This document shows, piece by piece, positions 1-8,941 of a stretch of DNA of 46,543 nt. Both the position numbers and the translations under genes were made by a program. This stretch comes from a bacterium (GTDB lineage Bacteria; SZUA-182; DTGQ01; JAFGSM01). Where the stretch lies: assembly GCA_049472335.1 (NCBI GenBank), contig JBLIRO010000040.1, positions 1 through 46,543 on the forward strand. The letters run 5' to 3'. Position 1 is the first letter of the stretch. Each line of letters starts with the position of its first letter. The notes under the pieces were generated by a model. The model was not told the DNA's origin and did no database searches. It was given only the letters and a program-made list of their open reading frames with translations.

Positions 1-1
1 C

Positions 2-330
2 AATTACGGCGGTGGGTTCAGTATGCCCACTTACGGCGGTGGGTTCAGTATGCCCAATTACGGCGGCGGGTTCAGTATGCCCAATTACGGCGGCGGTTTC
101 GGCACACCTGCTTTCGGGGGTACAACCTTCGGTATGCCTAGTTACAGTGGCGGTTTCAGTATGCCCAATTACGGCGGCGGTTTCGGCACACCTGCTTTCG
201 GGGGCACAAGCTTCGGTATGCCCAGTTACGGAGGCGGTTTCGGCACACCTGCTTTCGGGGGCACAAGCTTCGGTATGCCCAGTTACGGAGGCGGTTTCGG
301 TATGCCTACTTTCGGCGGCATAGGTTTCGG
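2..330 (+). repeat. Coding tandem repeats, 27 nt (MPNYGGGFS) and 57 nt (GTPAFGGTSFGMPSYGGGF) units
   Basis: Repeated atgcccaattacggcggcgg and ggcacacctgctttcggggg motifs. Confidence 0.9.
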
Positions 331-1039
331 TATGCCCGGTTTCGGTGCACCCATGGGTTTTGGCGCTCCTATGGGAGGCTTTGGCTTTGGAGCACCTATG
401 GGGGGATTCGGCCTCCCCGTAGGAGGGTTTGGCTTAACCGGTTATGGCGGATATAATCCTTACGGATATCCACCGACATCCGGACGTTCAAGTTCATCAA
501 ATACATATAGTGAGCCTGATTATGAGTCGGGCTTCTACACCGAAAATGAACTCCCAAATATTAAAGGAAATTGGAGCGGAAAATGGGAGGCCTTTAAAAC
601 CGATAAAGACGGTGTTGTGACCGATCCAAATGGCCAAATCGTTATCGAAGAGGAAGGCGAGCTGGCAATTAATATAAAATCACAAAAATCGGGCGGAGGC
701 AAAATCTCTGGCACAATTGAAATTGTTGGATGGAATATAGATGCATATCCGAACTGGGAAGGTGAAAGTGAAAAAATGGAGCTTACAGGTTGGCTTGATG
801 AATCCAACGGATGGTTCAATATCCATTATTTCTATTTCACAGGGACAGAATTAAAAAGTGATTATTCCAATCTTATAAGTGACTTTTTATGGAATTTTCA
901 TAATATGGAAATTAATGCAAGTGAGTCAGGAATCTTTGGGCAGTTCAGGGTCAGAGGAAAGATTAAGACAAGCAAAGGGTATGAAGATTATGATTTAATG
1001 GGCAAATTCCAGGTTGGAAAATATGTTCCTGAAAAATAA
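2..1039 (+). CDS. 5'-truncated Gly/Phe-rich repeat protein with a C-terminal ~165 aa beta-rich globular domain
   Basis: Frame is open from base 2 (AAT TAC GGC GGT GGG TTC AGT ATG). MPxYGGGF and GTPAFGGTSFG repeats, then a Ser-rich linker, then a domain starting PNIKGNWSGKW. A terminator follows. Confidence 0.85.
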   Translation, partial: NYGGGFSMPTYGGGFSMPNYGGGFSMPNYGGGFGTPAFGGTTFGMPSYSGGFSMPNYGGGFGTPAFGGTSFGMPSYGGGFGTPAFGGTSFGMPSYGGGFGMPTFGGIGFGMPGFGAPMGFGAPMGGFGFGAPMGGFGLPVGGFGLTGYGGYNPYGYPPTSGRSSSSNTYSEPDYESGFYTENELPNIKGNWSGKWEAFKTDKDGVVTDPNGQIVIEEEGELAINIKSQKSGGGKISGTIEIVGWNIDAYPNWEGESEKMELTGWLDESNGWFNIHYFYFTGTELKSDYSNLISDFLWNFHNMEINASESGIFGQFRVRGKIKTSKGYEDYDLMGKFQVGKYVPEK

Positions 1040-1133
1040 CCGGTTAATTTACTAAGAGTTTCCTGATTGTTTAAAGCGCTTCATAAATAAAAGTTTTTGG
1101 GAACCGAATTCTCTTTAAATATGTAAAATGCAG

Positions 1134-1177
1134 AAGCCCCGGAATAGGAATCGATTTTCCGGGGCTTTTTTCTTTTT
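1134..1177 (+). terminator. Intrinsic terminator
   Basis: 11 bp stem aagccccggaa (1134-1144) / ttccggggctt (1157-1167) followed by a T tract. Confidence 0.85.
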
Positions 1178-1297
1178 CATTCAAAAATTCAAAAATGATA
1201 TCTCTGGCAAAAATTCATCAATATTGAAATTTAGGCTACATTTTAATTGTTTAAAACGGTTTCAAAAAAGTTCCCTCTTTTTCAGGAATTATGCTAC

Positions 1298-1522
1298 TTA
1301 CTTTAAACTAACTACCTCAACATTCATTCGATCCTTCACCTCATGTTCTGCTTTAAGAAGGCGATCTATCGCATCAAGAGTTTTTGCATGAAAGTATCGC
1401 TCGCCACATTCAAGACAAACCACTGCCTTTACATTTTCAACTATATACAATCTGCCGTGCAACCAATGTTGCTTTCTAACCTTTTTTTGCACTGTCTGAC
1501 CATTGCAAAATTCACAAATCAT
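1298..1522 (-). CDS. YgiT-type zinc finger protein (MqsA-like antitoxin)
   Basis: 74 aa with CEFC...VENVKAVVCLECGERYF, the typical YgiT pattern. Confidence 0.85.
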   Translation of the reverse strand: MICEFCNGQTVQKKVRKQHWLHGRLYIVENVKAVVCLECGERYFHAKTLDAIDRLLKAEHEVKDRMNVEVVSLK

Positions 1523-1804
1523 CTTTCCTCTGATAAAACATAAACTGTTATTATGATAAGATTATCATCCCCTTTAAATCTACAAATGACATGGATAGTC
1601 CTTCTATCTTTTGATGGCCCCCGTATTTTATACCTCGTCCCTCTAAAATCCTGTGTGAGTTTTTTTTTTCAATCTTTCCTTTAAAAATAGCATTTTCTAT
1701 GTCGGATCTCTCCAAATTATCATCAACATTTCATCCTCAGCATGTGAAGATAAGTAATATTCCCGCTCAATAATTTTCTGCCTGATTGCCTGTATTTTAA
1801 CCAT
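1519..1804 (-). pseudogene. DUF4258-family putative toxin with two frameshifts
   Basis: Reconstruction: MVKIQAIRQKIIEREYYLSSHAEDEM / DDNLERSDIENAIFKGKIEKK / LTQDFRGTRYKIRGPSKDRRTIHVICRFKGDDNLIIITVYVLSEER*. Shifts lie near 1725 and in the T10 run at 1660-1669. Its TGA overlaps the YgiT ATG (ATGA). Confidence 0.8.
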
Positions 1805-2541
1805 TCATTTTCTCGAAGACAAAATCGGACACCAAAATATTTTATATACAATAAATTCGAGAGTCATCCTGTAATAGACAGATATCAATATATTAATTAT
1901 AAAACATTTTTAAGTCTAAAACCAAAAAGAAAAAGGGAACGGTTCAGTATAAAAGCAAAGTAGCATCTCCCTGGTCTATATAAATATTATTTGCGATGAC
2001 CTTGTTATTCCTAAAGGTGTAATAGATGAGATATTTCATCATAAAGAAGAGGTGACTATATATAGAATCTTTTCAAATTGTGAAAAGAATGCTAGGATTA
2101 TTGATAAAAATAAAGATAAGTGAAAAAGAAAATATTTATATAATTTAAAATATTCTCGAAACTAATTAGAATATCAAAAAATGACAAAGGTTACAGAAAA
2201 TCTATAACTACATGTTTAATAAATGAAAATCAGTTTTTCCAAACTTAATCTATCATAAAACAATCATTCAAGAAGCCATAAAAAAAAGGGTTACAGAAAT
2301 ATGCTCTTAAGGCCCTTGTATTTACTGATATTAAAGGGTTGCCGTGGAAATATAAGACCTGATGAATAAGGGATTGAAATAAAGAAACCAAAGAGACATT
2401 GCGGAAGTGGTGCTTAAAGGTGAAGGGGATAAGATAATAAAATAGCAAGAAAAGGCCTAATAGGTATTTGTAAGGCAGAAAACGCTTTATATGGCAGATG
2501 GCACAGAGGATCACATCATAACCGAACAATCTAAATTATAT

Positions 2542-2570
2542 TTGACAAGTGAATAATTATTAGATAGACT
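2542..2570 (+). promoter_or_regulatory. Putative sigma70 promoter of the SPOR gene
   Basis: TTGACA-N17-TAGACT about 100 nt upstream of ATG 2672. Confidence 0.6.
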
Positions 2571-2671
2571 TCAAGGGTTCGACATTTTTCATTTTTAATT
2601 TTTTTTACGTTTTTAAAGACTGAATCATCCAAACAATAAAATATACGCATATAAATAGGCTAATTTGCAAT

Positions 2672-3967
2672 ATGTGTGAAATAGAAAAGATCAGTAATCG
2701 CTTTAAAATACGGACACTCATCTTCACCGTTTTCCTCCTTTTTTTTCTTACCGATTTCGTCTATGGCAGTCTAAAATATTACTATCTTCATGTCGGTTCG
2801 TTCCGGGCAGAGGATAAAGCTACCCAGTTTTCCCGGGATCTTCAAAAAAAGGGGCTGGAAACGGTCGTCAGGGGAGAAGAGATTCCCGGTAAGGGGTTCT
2901 GGTATCGCATTTATATAGGTCCCTTTTATTCGCGGCTCGAAGCCGAGCTGGAAAGCAGGGATTTAAAGGGGAAGGGTATTGTTGATTATGCCGCGATTCA
3001 CAAACATGACTCCCTGCTTTTAAGTAGTCTTGAAGAAGAACCGGAGCCGATGGAAACGGCCCCTGAAGCCGTTCCGGAGAAGGCAGTGAGTGAAATTACC
3101 CCGCCGCCGGAAAAACCGGCCCCGGTTATTCAACCGCTGCCCCCCGAGCCGCCGCCGGTTGAGGAAAAACCAGTGATAGCTGAACGTCCTGCTGAAAAGG
3201 TAGCACCTGTTGAAGAAAAAATTGAGGAAGAAATAACTCCTCCGCCTCCCTTAAAAGTCCAAAAACCGGCCAGGAAGGTCTATCCCAAGCCCCCTCTGAA
3301 ATCTTCAAAAAGAGGATACGGAAGGAATATGCGGCAATGGGGCGTGGGGTTGGGAGCAAAATACACTTATCGTGATATAGAGACTACTATAATCAAACGC
3401 AACGATATTCCTTTTGATGATGAAAAGAAAGGCGAATTTCCGACTCAAATGCACCTGACTACCTTGCAGCTCCGTCTCGGCTTTACCAATTTTCTGGAAA
3501 TATTCGGTAAAGCCGGCACGAATTTTAATGATACTTCTGAGCTTGGATTCGCCTATGGCGGGGGATTGAGGCTTAACCTATTTGAAATCAGGGGATTTTA
3601 TTCCGCGCTTCAGGGTGAATATTTAAGCGGTGATTTTGAGGAAGAATACATCTCAGATGTAGATAACAAATGGAAAAAAGATACGGAGTGGGAGGAAATA
3701 AATGCCAAGGTTGAACTGGGATTTGTTCACCCACGCTTTGCTGCCTATATAGGAGGAACATTTTTAAATTATAACGAAGATACAAAACGCCAGCAACTTG
3801 AAGGCTTACCAACGCTTCTTACATATCAGGATGAGATTGAAGAAGAAAATAGCTTCGGAGCGTACGCAGGCATCGCTATTAACCTTACTCCTGGATTTAT
3901 TGCAAATCTGGAAGGAGAAGCCCTCACTCAAAAAAGCATATCCGTGACGTTGGAATATCTGTTCTGA
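2672..3967 (+). CDS. Exported SPOR-domain protein with Pro/Glu linker and probable C-terminal outer-membrane beta-barrel
   Basis: Signal peptide, YYLHVGSF...WYRIYIGPF SPOR motifs, P/E-rich linker, amphipathic strands ending ISVTLEYLF (terminal Phe). Confidence 0.75.
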   Translation: MCEIEKISNRFKIRTLIFTVFLLFFLTDFVYGSLKYYYLHVGSFRAEDKATQFSRDLQKKGLETVVRGEEIPGKGFWYRIYIGPFYSRLEAELESRDLKGKGIVDYAAIHKHDSLLLSSLEEEPEPMETAPEAVPEKAVSEITPPPEKPAPVIQPLPPEPPPVEEKPVIAERPAEKVAPVEEKIEEEITPPPPLKVQKPARKVYPKPPLKSSKRGYGRNMRQWGVGLGAKYTYRDIETTIIKRNDIPFDDEKKGEFPTQMHLTTLQLRLGFTNFLEIFGKAGTNFNDTSELGFAYGGGLRLNLFEIRGFYSALQGEYLSGDFEEEYISDVDNKWKKDTEWEEINAKVELGFVHPRFAAYIGGTFLNYNEDTKRQQLEGLPTLLTYQDEIEEENSFGAYAGIAINLTPGFIANLEGEALTQKSISVTLEYLF

Positions 3968-4069
3968 AGCCACGCCTTCGCCAAGTATCAGCAATAAATA
4001 GCAATAAATATCTCAAAATACGGATAAAAAATAGATTGAGTAATCAACCTGCACCGCAAAAACCGGTGC

Positions 4070-5068
4070 TCAGCTATCCCAGTGTTCCCGCTCATCAGGG
4101 AAAACGATATTATGCTTTCTGATAAAATAGCCAAGATTTCTGCGGTCAATTCCGAGCAGTTTTGCAGTCTTGCTTTTAACCCATTTGCTCTTCTGAAGAG
4201 CGCTCAAAATGATAAGCTTCTCATAGACCTTGAGCTGATTTCTTAGATTGAGATCTGACGACTGGATCTCAATATTATCCGAAGACGTTCGATGTGATCT
4301 TAGCTGCAGAGATGGAAGAGATTCCAGATCTATATAATCACTTTCAGCCATTATCATGGCATTTTCTATCACATTTTTAAGCTCCCTGATATTTCCAGGC
4401 CAATAATAATCCATAAGGTATTCCATCGCATCTTCAGAAATCCCCTTGACTTTCTTGTTTAGGCTTGTATTGTAAAAATCTACAAAGTAGTCTACAAGGA
4501 GAGGTATATCCTCTTTTCTCTCTCTGAGGGGAGGCAAAAAAATGCTCACAACGCTTAAGCGGTAATAAAGGTCTTCCCTGAAGAAACCTTTCTGGGTTGC
4601 ATCTTTTAGTATCACATTTGTTGTGGCTATTACCCGGGTATCGATCTTGATATTACGCGTATTGCCAACCGGTGTAATCTCTTCCTCCTGGAGAACACGT
4701 AAAAGCTTTGCCTGGCCATTAAGCGGCATGCTTCCTATCTCATCCAGCAGGATTGTTCCCATATTGGCCAGCTCAAAAAAACCTTTCCTGTCCTCAAACG
4801 CACCTGTAAAGGATCCCTTTTTGTGCCCGAAAAGCTCACTTTCAAGAAGTGTTTCACTTAAAGCAGCGCAATTTACCTTTATAAATGAAGCCCCGTTCCT
4901 AAGACTATGCCTATAAATAGCATTGGCTACAACTTCTTTGCCGGTACCGCTTTCTCCCTGAATTAGTACGGTAGATTTGGTTTTGGCAATAAGACCAATA
5001 AGACGGCATATCTTTTTGATCTGCTCACTCTTTCCTATAAGGCTGTCAAAATTTTTGTCATAGGACAT
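4070..5068 (-). CDS. Sigma54-dependent enhancer-binding protein lacking an N-terminal regulatory domain
   Basis: GESGTGKE Walker [16 protein letters not shown] loop, ILLDEIG Walker [19 protein letters not shown]-terminal Fis-type HTH. The AAA domain starts at about residue 9. Confidence 0.93.
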   Translation of the reverse strand: MSYDKNFDSLIGKSEQIKKICRLIGLIAKTKSTVLIQGESGTGKEVVANAIYRHSLRNGASFIKVNCAALSETLLESELFGHKKGSFTGAFEDRKGFFELANMGTILLDEIGSMPLNGQAKLLRVLQEEEITPVGNTRNIKIDTRVIATTNVILKDATQKGFFREDLYYRLSVVSIFLPPLRERKEDIPLLVDYFVDFYNTSLNKKVKGISEDAMEYLMDYYWPGNIRELKNVIENAMIMAESDYIDLESLPSLQLRSHRTSSDNIEIQSSDLNLRNQLKVYEKLIILSALQKSKWVKSKTAKLLGIDRRNLGYFIRKHNIVFPDEREHWDS

Positions 5069-5143
5069 ATTTTATTATCCCCCCAAGGCCGGATGTAAAA
5101 TTGCACCAAAATAATTATTATTTATTCTTGATTCTTTTCTGAA

Positions 5144-5159
5144 AGCAAGTTCTGTACCA
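5144..5159 (-). promoter_or_regulatory. Putative sigma54 (-24/-12) promoter of the activator gene
   Basis: Minus strand TGGTAC-AGAAC-TTGCT versus consensus TGGCAC-N5-TTGCW, about 75 nt before the ATG. Confidence 0.7.
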
Positions 5160-5238
5160 GTGAAAACAGATCATAAAATTTATGCTTTTTGAAAGGTAAA
5201 AAGGGATTTTTTATGCGGCTTCCAGGATAAAGATAAAC

Positions 5239-5257
5239 CCTGATAAAGATTATCAGG
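5239..5257. promoter_or_regulatory. Palindrome, candidate upstream activator site
   Basis: CCTGATAA-aga-TTATCAGG, about 90 bp upstream of the sigma54 motif. Confidence 0.4.
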
Positions 5258-5408
5258 AAAGGCTTGAGAGAGGTAAAATATGATTATTTCTGTGGGCTTG
5301 AAACAGGATTAGTGCATTCTTTGTGTCATTTTTAAATAGATATTAAATCATTTGCATACTATGTATAATTTTTCATATTTTTGATGATCATGAGTATTTT
5401 TTACGATT

Positions 5409-6440
5409 TTAATCTATCAAAAGACCTTTAATCCGGCTGTCCTGGGCAGTCAGACCCCAATCCCTGGTGGCCCTGTTCTGATTGAAAAATCCTGCCACGC
5501 CGATCATACAAGCGTTATCCACGCAATACCGGGGTGGCGGCATGACGATATTAATGCCCTTTTTTTTACACTCATATCCTATCCTCTCCCTGAGAAGGCT
5601 ATTGGACGCGACCCCGCCTCCGATGGCGAGAGTATGTGAATCCGTTTTCTCAACCGCATCCATGCATTTTGCAACCAGCACATCCACAACAGCCTCCTGA
5701 AATCCCGCCGCAATTGAAGCGACCAATTCGGGATCATGGGACATTGAGCCCTGTTGACCCTTTTCATACCTGATGTAATTAAAGACAGCCGTCTTAAGGC
5801 CGCTGAAACTAAAATCCAAAGACCCTCGGTCCAGATAGGCCCTGGGAAACTTAATCATGTCCGGATCGCCCTGCCTGGCCAGTTTATCAATTACCGGCCC
5901 TCCGGGATATCCGAGGCCGAGAAACTTGGCTACTTTGTCATAGGCCTCCCCGGCCGCATCATCCCTGGTCCGGCCTAATAGTTCGTATTTACCATGGTCC
6001 TTTACGAAATAGAGGTCTGTATGGCCACCGGAGACTACAAGACAGGTAAAAGGAAAGGTAATATCAGGGCATGTCAGGATGGAAGCATATATATGCCCCT
6101 CCAGATGATCCACAGGGATAATTGGAAGATTTATGGTAAAGGCTATGGCCTTGGCCACGGAAAGACCCACCAGCAGGGAGCCGATCAGCCCCGGACCGCA
6201 TGTGACCGCTATGGCTTCCATATCGTTCAATCCCAATCCGGCCTCATCCAGGGCGGTTTTTATTATCTGGATAATGGTCTCTATATGTTTCCTGGAAGCA
6301 ATCTCCGGTACTACGCCCCCATATTTGTGGTGATCCCAAACTTGAGAGTACAGGGCGCTTCCCAACACAGAGACACCATCTTTTATGATTGCAGCAGCGG
6401 TTTCGTCACATGAGGTTTCAACGGCTAAGATAAGCCTCAT
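5409..6440 (-). CDS. tsaD: tRNA N6-threonylcarbamoyladenosine transferase TsaD
   Basis: ETSCDET, GGVVPEIASRKH, HLEGH, VSGGHT, DDAAGEAYDK, FSFSGLKT. Confidence 0.97.
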   Translation of the reverse strand: MRLILAVETSCDETAAAIIKDGVSVLGSALYSQVWDHHKYGGVVPEIASRKHIETIIQIIKTALDEAGLGLNDMEAIAVTCGPGLIGSLLVGLSVAKAIAFTINLPIIPVDHLEGHIYASILTCPDITFPFTCLVVSGGHTDLYFVKDHGKYELLGRTRDDAAGEAYDKVAKFLGLGYPGGPVIDKLARQGDPDMIKFPRAYLDRGSLDFSFSGLKTAVFNYIRYEKGQQGSMSHDPELVASIAAGFQEAVVDVLVAKCMDAVEKTDSHTLAIGGGVASNSLLRERIGYECKKKGINIVMPPPRYCVDNACMIGVAGFFNQNRATRDWGLTAQDSRIKGLLID

Positions 6441-7444
6441 TCCATAACCTCTGATAACACCACAAACCGGATTCCTCTTTTACTGAGGTCAGGAAGATGA
6501 TTACGGAGCGCTCTTATGGTTGAAGGCTGAAGATGACCTATAGCAATTCCATAACCATTGTTCAATGCTATATCGGCCACCTGATCGAGCTGCTTTATCA
6601 CATACTCCTCATTGTTCTGGACATCCAGAAACACGTGACGTTTGGCGGTCTTAACCCCCATTTCCTTGGCCAGATCATATACAAGGCTTCGGGGTGAGGT
6701 GCGGCTATCCAAAAAAAACAAACCTCTTTTTTTCATCTCCTCTAGAATTATCCTCATCTTTTCTTCATTCTCAACCATCCTGGAGCCCATATGATTGTTC
6801 GCGCCCACCGCGCAGTCCAAATCCTTTAAGGCTTTTTTGATAAGCCTCCGGATCTCTTCATCTTTCATAGATATTAAAAGGGTCCCTTCCTCCACCTGGG
6901 CATTTGGATAGTCATATGGTTCCATGGGAAGGTGAAGGATTACCTCCTTGCCTTTTTGGATGGCCCTGCGTGAAATCAGATTTGTATAAGGCAGATTTGG
7001 CAAAACAGATACTGTAAAAGGGAGATCTATCTTGAAAAGCTCCTCAGCCAGATTAGGATTATAGCCAAGGTCATCGATTACAAGAGCGATCGTGGGTATT
7101 TTCTTTTCGATACCCTCTTTTAGAGGCTTTGGTTTCTTTGGGAGTTTAGGTTCAAGTTTTGTGTAATCCTTAACCGGAAGCCTTTTTTCCCCTTTTTCCT
7201 TCTCCTTGGGCAAAGGCCCGGGAGGCTTCTCTGATGGTTTAGGGGAAAAAAACGAGACAACAGGCCCATAGATAAATTCGGGCAGGAAGTGCCATCCCGC
7301 CCTGAAACTCACAAGGGCATCGAGAAGAATCAGATTGATTACCGACAATAGAATAAGACCGAGAAAAACCCAAAACAACCTGTTTTTCTTTGAGAATAAG
7401 CCTTTTGTTCTTCTTTTCTTCCTTCGCCCTCCTCTTTTCTTCAT
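6437..7444 (-). CDS. Divergent polysaccharide deacetylase (YibQ/DUF610 family)
   Basis: IALVIDDLG, ILHLPMEP, NNHMGS, FLDSRT, GIAIGH motifs; usual position after envC-ctpA. Confidence 0.9.
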   Translation of the reverse strand: MKKRGGRRKKRRTKGLFSKKNRLFWVFLGLILLSVINLILLDALVSFRAGWHFLPEFIYGPVVSFFSPKPSEKPPGPLPKEKEKGEKRLPVKDYTKLEPKLPKKPKPLKEGIEKKIPTIALVIDDLGYNPNLAEELFKIDLPFTVSVLPNLPYTNLISRRAIQKGKEVILHLPMEPYDYPNAQVEEGTLLISMKDEEIRRLIKKALKDLDCAVGANNHMGSRMVENEEKMRIILEEMKKRGLFFLDSRTSPRSLVYDLAKEMGVKTAKRHVFLDVQNNEEYVIKQLDQVADIALNNGYGIAIGHLQPSTIRALRNHLPDLSKRGIRFVVLSEVME

Positions 7445-7455
7445 CTTTGGATCTT

Positions 7456-8865
7456 TTATAATATCTCCTTATGTTCCGTATTTTGCTTTGAGGATGCCTT
7501 AAAGATATTATTTGCCTTTATAATATCAATGGACCTCTGCAATTGAAGGTCTTCGATATAACCCATTCCTTCCCCTTCTTCTTCTTCTTTTCCTTCTCCT
7601 TCCGCTTCTTCCTTTGTGGATTCCTTCTCTTTATCTTTATTATTTTCCTCTTCGGAGTCTTCCCTGTTTTTAGTGGATCTGTCCATCTCGATAAGGTCCT
7701 TTTCCCGGATGGCATGCTCCTCTGATAATATTCTCTTTTTATCATCCGGCAAAAGATTCTCTACCAGTATATCAGGCGTAATGCCCTCACCGTGTATGGA
7801 TGTGCCATTAGGGGTATAGTATTTAGCCGTTGTTAACCTTAGCGCGGACCCATCTCCAAGGGGATAGATGGTTTGTACCGATCCCTTGCCGAAAGTCTTG
7901 GTCCCGAGAATTACCGCTCGCTTCCAATCCTTAAGCGCACCGGCCAAAATCTCCGACGCGCTCGCGCTGCCCGCATTTACCAAAACAACAATAGGATAAT
8001 CAGGGATCAATGAATCATGATTTGACTTCAGGACCATGCTCTGTTCCTTGACCTTTCCCTTTGTGCTCACGATTACCCGGTCCTTGGGCAGAAAGATATC
8101 AGCGATATCCACCGCCACATTTAAAAGGCCGCCCGCGTTAAACCGGATATCGATGATAAGCCCGTCTAATGAATCCGCTGCTATGTCCTTAATTGCGTCT
8201 TTAACATCCTTGGTCGAATCTTCCTGAAACTGACGGATTCTGATGTATCCTATATTGGTGTCTTTTAATATTTTGGAATATACGCTGGCCAGTTTTACAA
8301 CCCCCCTGGTAATGGTATATTTTTTGGCCTTTTCGAAACCCTTACGCCATATCATTAAACCGACTTCCGTGCCTTTGGGGCCCCTGATCCTTTTGGCTGC
8401 TTCGGACAGTGACAAATCCCTGGTGGGCTGATCATCTATCTTCAAGATAAGGTCTCCCGCTTTCAGGCCTGCCTTAAAAGCGGGTGTCCCTTCTATAGGG
8501 GATACGATAGTCAACTGTTCATCCTTTATGGTTATTTCGATGCCGATACCCTCGAATCTTCCTCTTGTATCTACCTGCATCTCTTTATACATATCCGAGG
8601 TCATAAAAGAACTATGAGGATCGAGGTCTCTGAGCATTCCCTTGATGGCCCCATATATCAGCTCCGAATCTTCTACCTCATCAACATAATTTTCCTGAAT
8701 ATATGTAATTGCCTCACTAAAAACCTTAAGATTTTCATAGGTCTTATCTTTGGCGGATACGCCTGCCATAAGCCCGGTAAGGCAAACAAAAAGTATAATT
8801 CCAGAGATAATTGTCAATGATGCAATAGTTGATAAATTTTTATTGTTCCCTTTATTCTTCTCCAT
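7456..8865 (-). CDS. ctpA: S41 carboxy-terminal processing protease
   Basis: LDPHS, GIGIEI PDZ, DIRFNAGG, SASASEI, TFGKGSVQ, LTTAKYYTP. Confidence 0.93.
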   Translation of the reverse strand: MEKNKGNNKNLSTIASLTIISGIILFVCLTGLMAGVSAKDKTYENLKVFSEAITYIQENYVDEVEDSELIYGAIKGMLRDLDPHSSFMTSDMYKEMQVDTRGRFEGIGIEITIKDEQLTIVSPIEGTPAFKAGLKAGDLILKIDDQPTRDLSLSEAAKRIRGPKGTEVGLMIWRKGFEKAKKYTITRGVVKLASVYSKILKDTNIGYIRIRQFQEDSTKDVKDAIKDIAADSLDGLIIDIRFNAGGLLNVAVDIADIFLPKDRVIVSTKGKVKEQSMVLKSNHDSLIPDYPIVVLVNAGSASASEILAGALKDWKRAVILGTKTFGKGSVQTIYPLGDGSALRLTTAKYYTPNGTSIHGEGITPDILVENLLPDDKKRILSEEHAIREKDLIEMDRSTKNREDSEEENNKDKEKESTKEEAEGEGKEEEEGEGMGYIEDLQLQRSIDIIKANNIFKASSKQNTEHKEIL

Positions 8866-8941
8866 GTGTTTCTTTCTCCTTCATTTTGAAATTCATGTCA
8901 TCATAAGAATTTATTTCTTAAGCATATAATATTTATCGGTC

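Noticed and set aside
12..323. 103 aa VCPITAAVS repeat ORF
   Set aside because: Alternate frame of the Gly-rich repeat; only the Gly frame continues into the globular domain
2..330. CRISPR-like periodicity (also 21100-21700)
   Set aside because: Unit lengths are multiples of 3, in frame, without unique spacers or cas genes
2245..2529. 94 aa minus-strand ORF, and 1128..1391 on plus
   Set aside because: No SD or family motifs; the latter runs through a terminator and overlaps YgiT
5090..5105. Plus-strand GG-N10-GC motif (CGGATG-TAAAA-TTGCA)
   Set aside because: Poor -24 match and no plus-strand gene downstream
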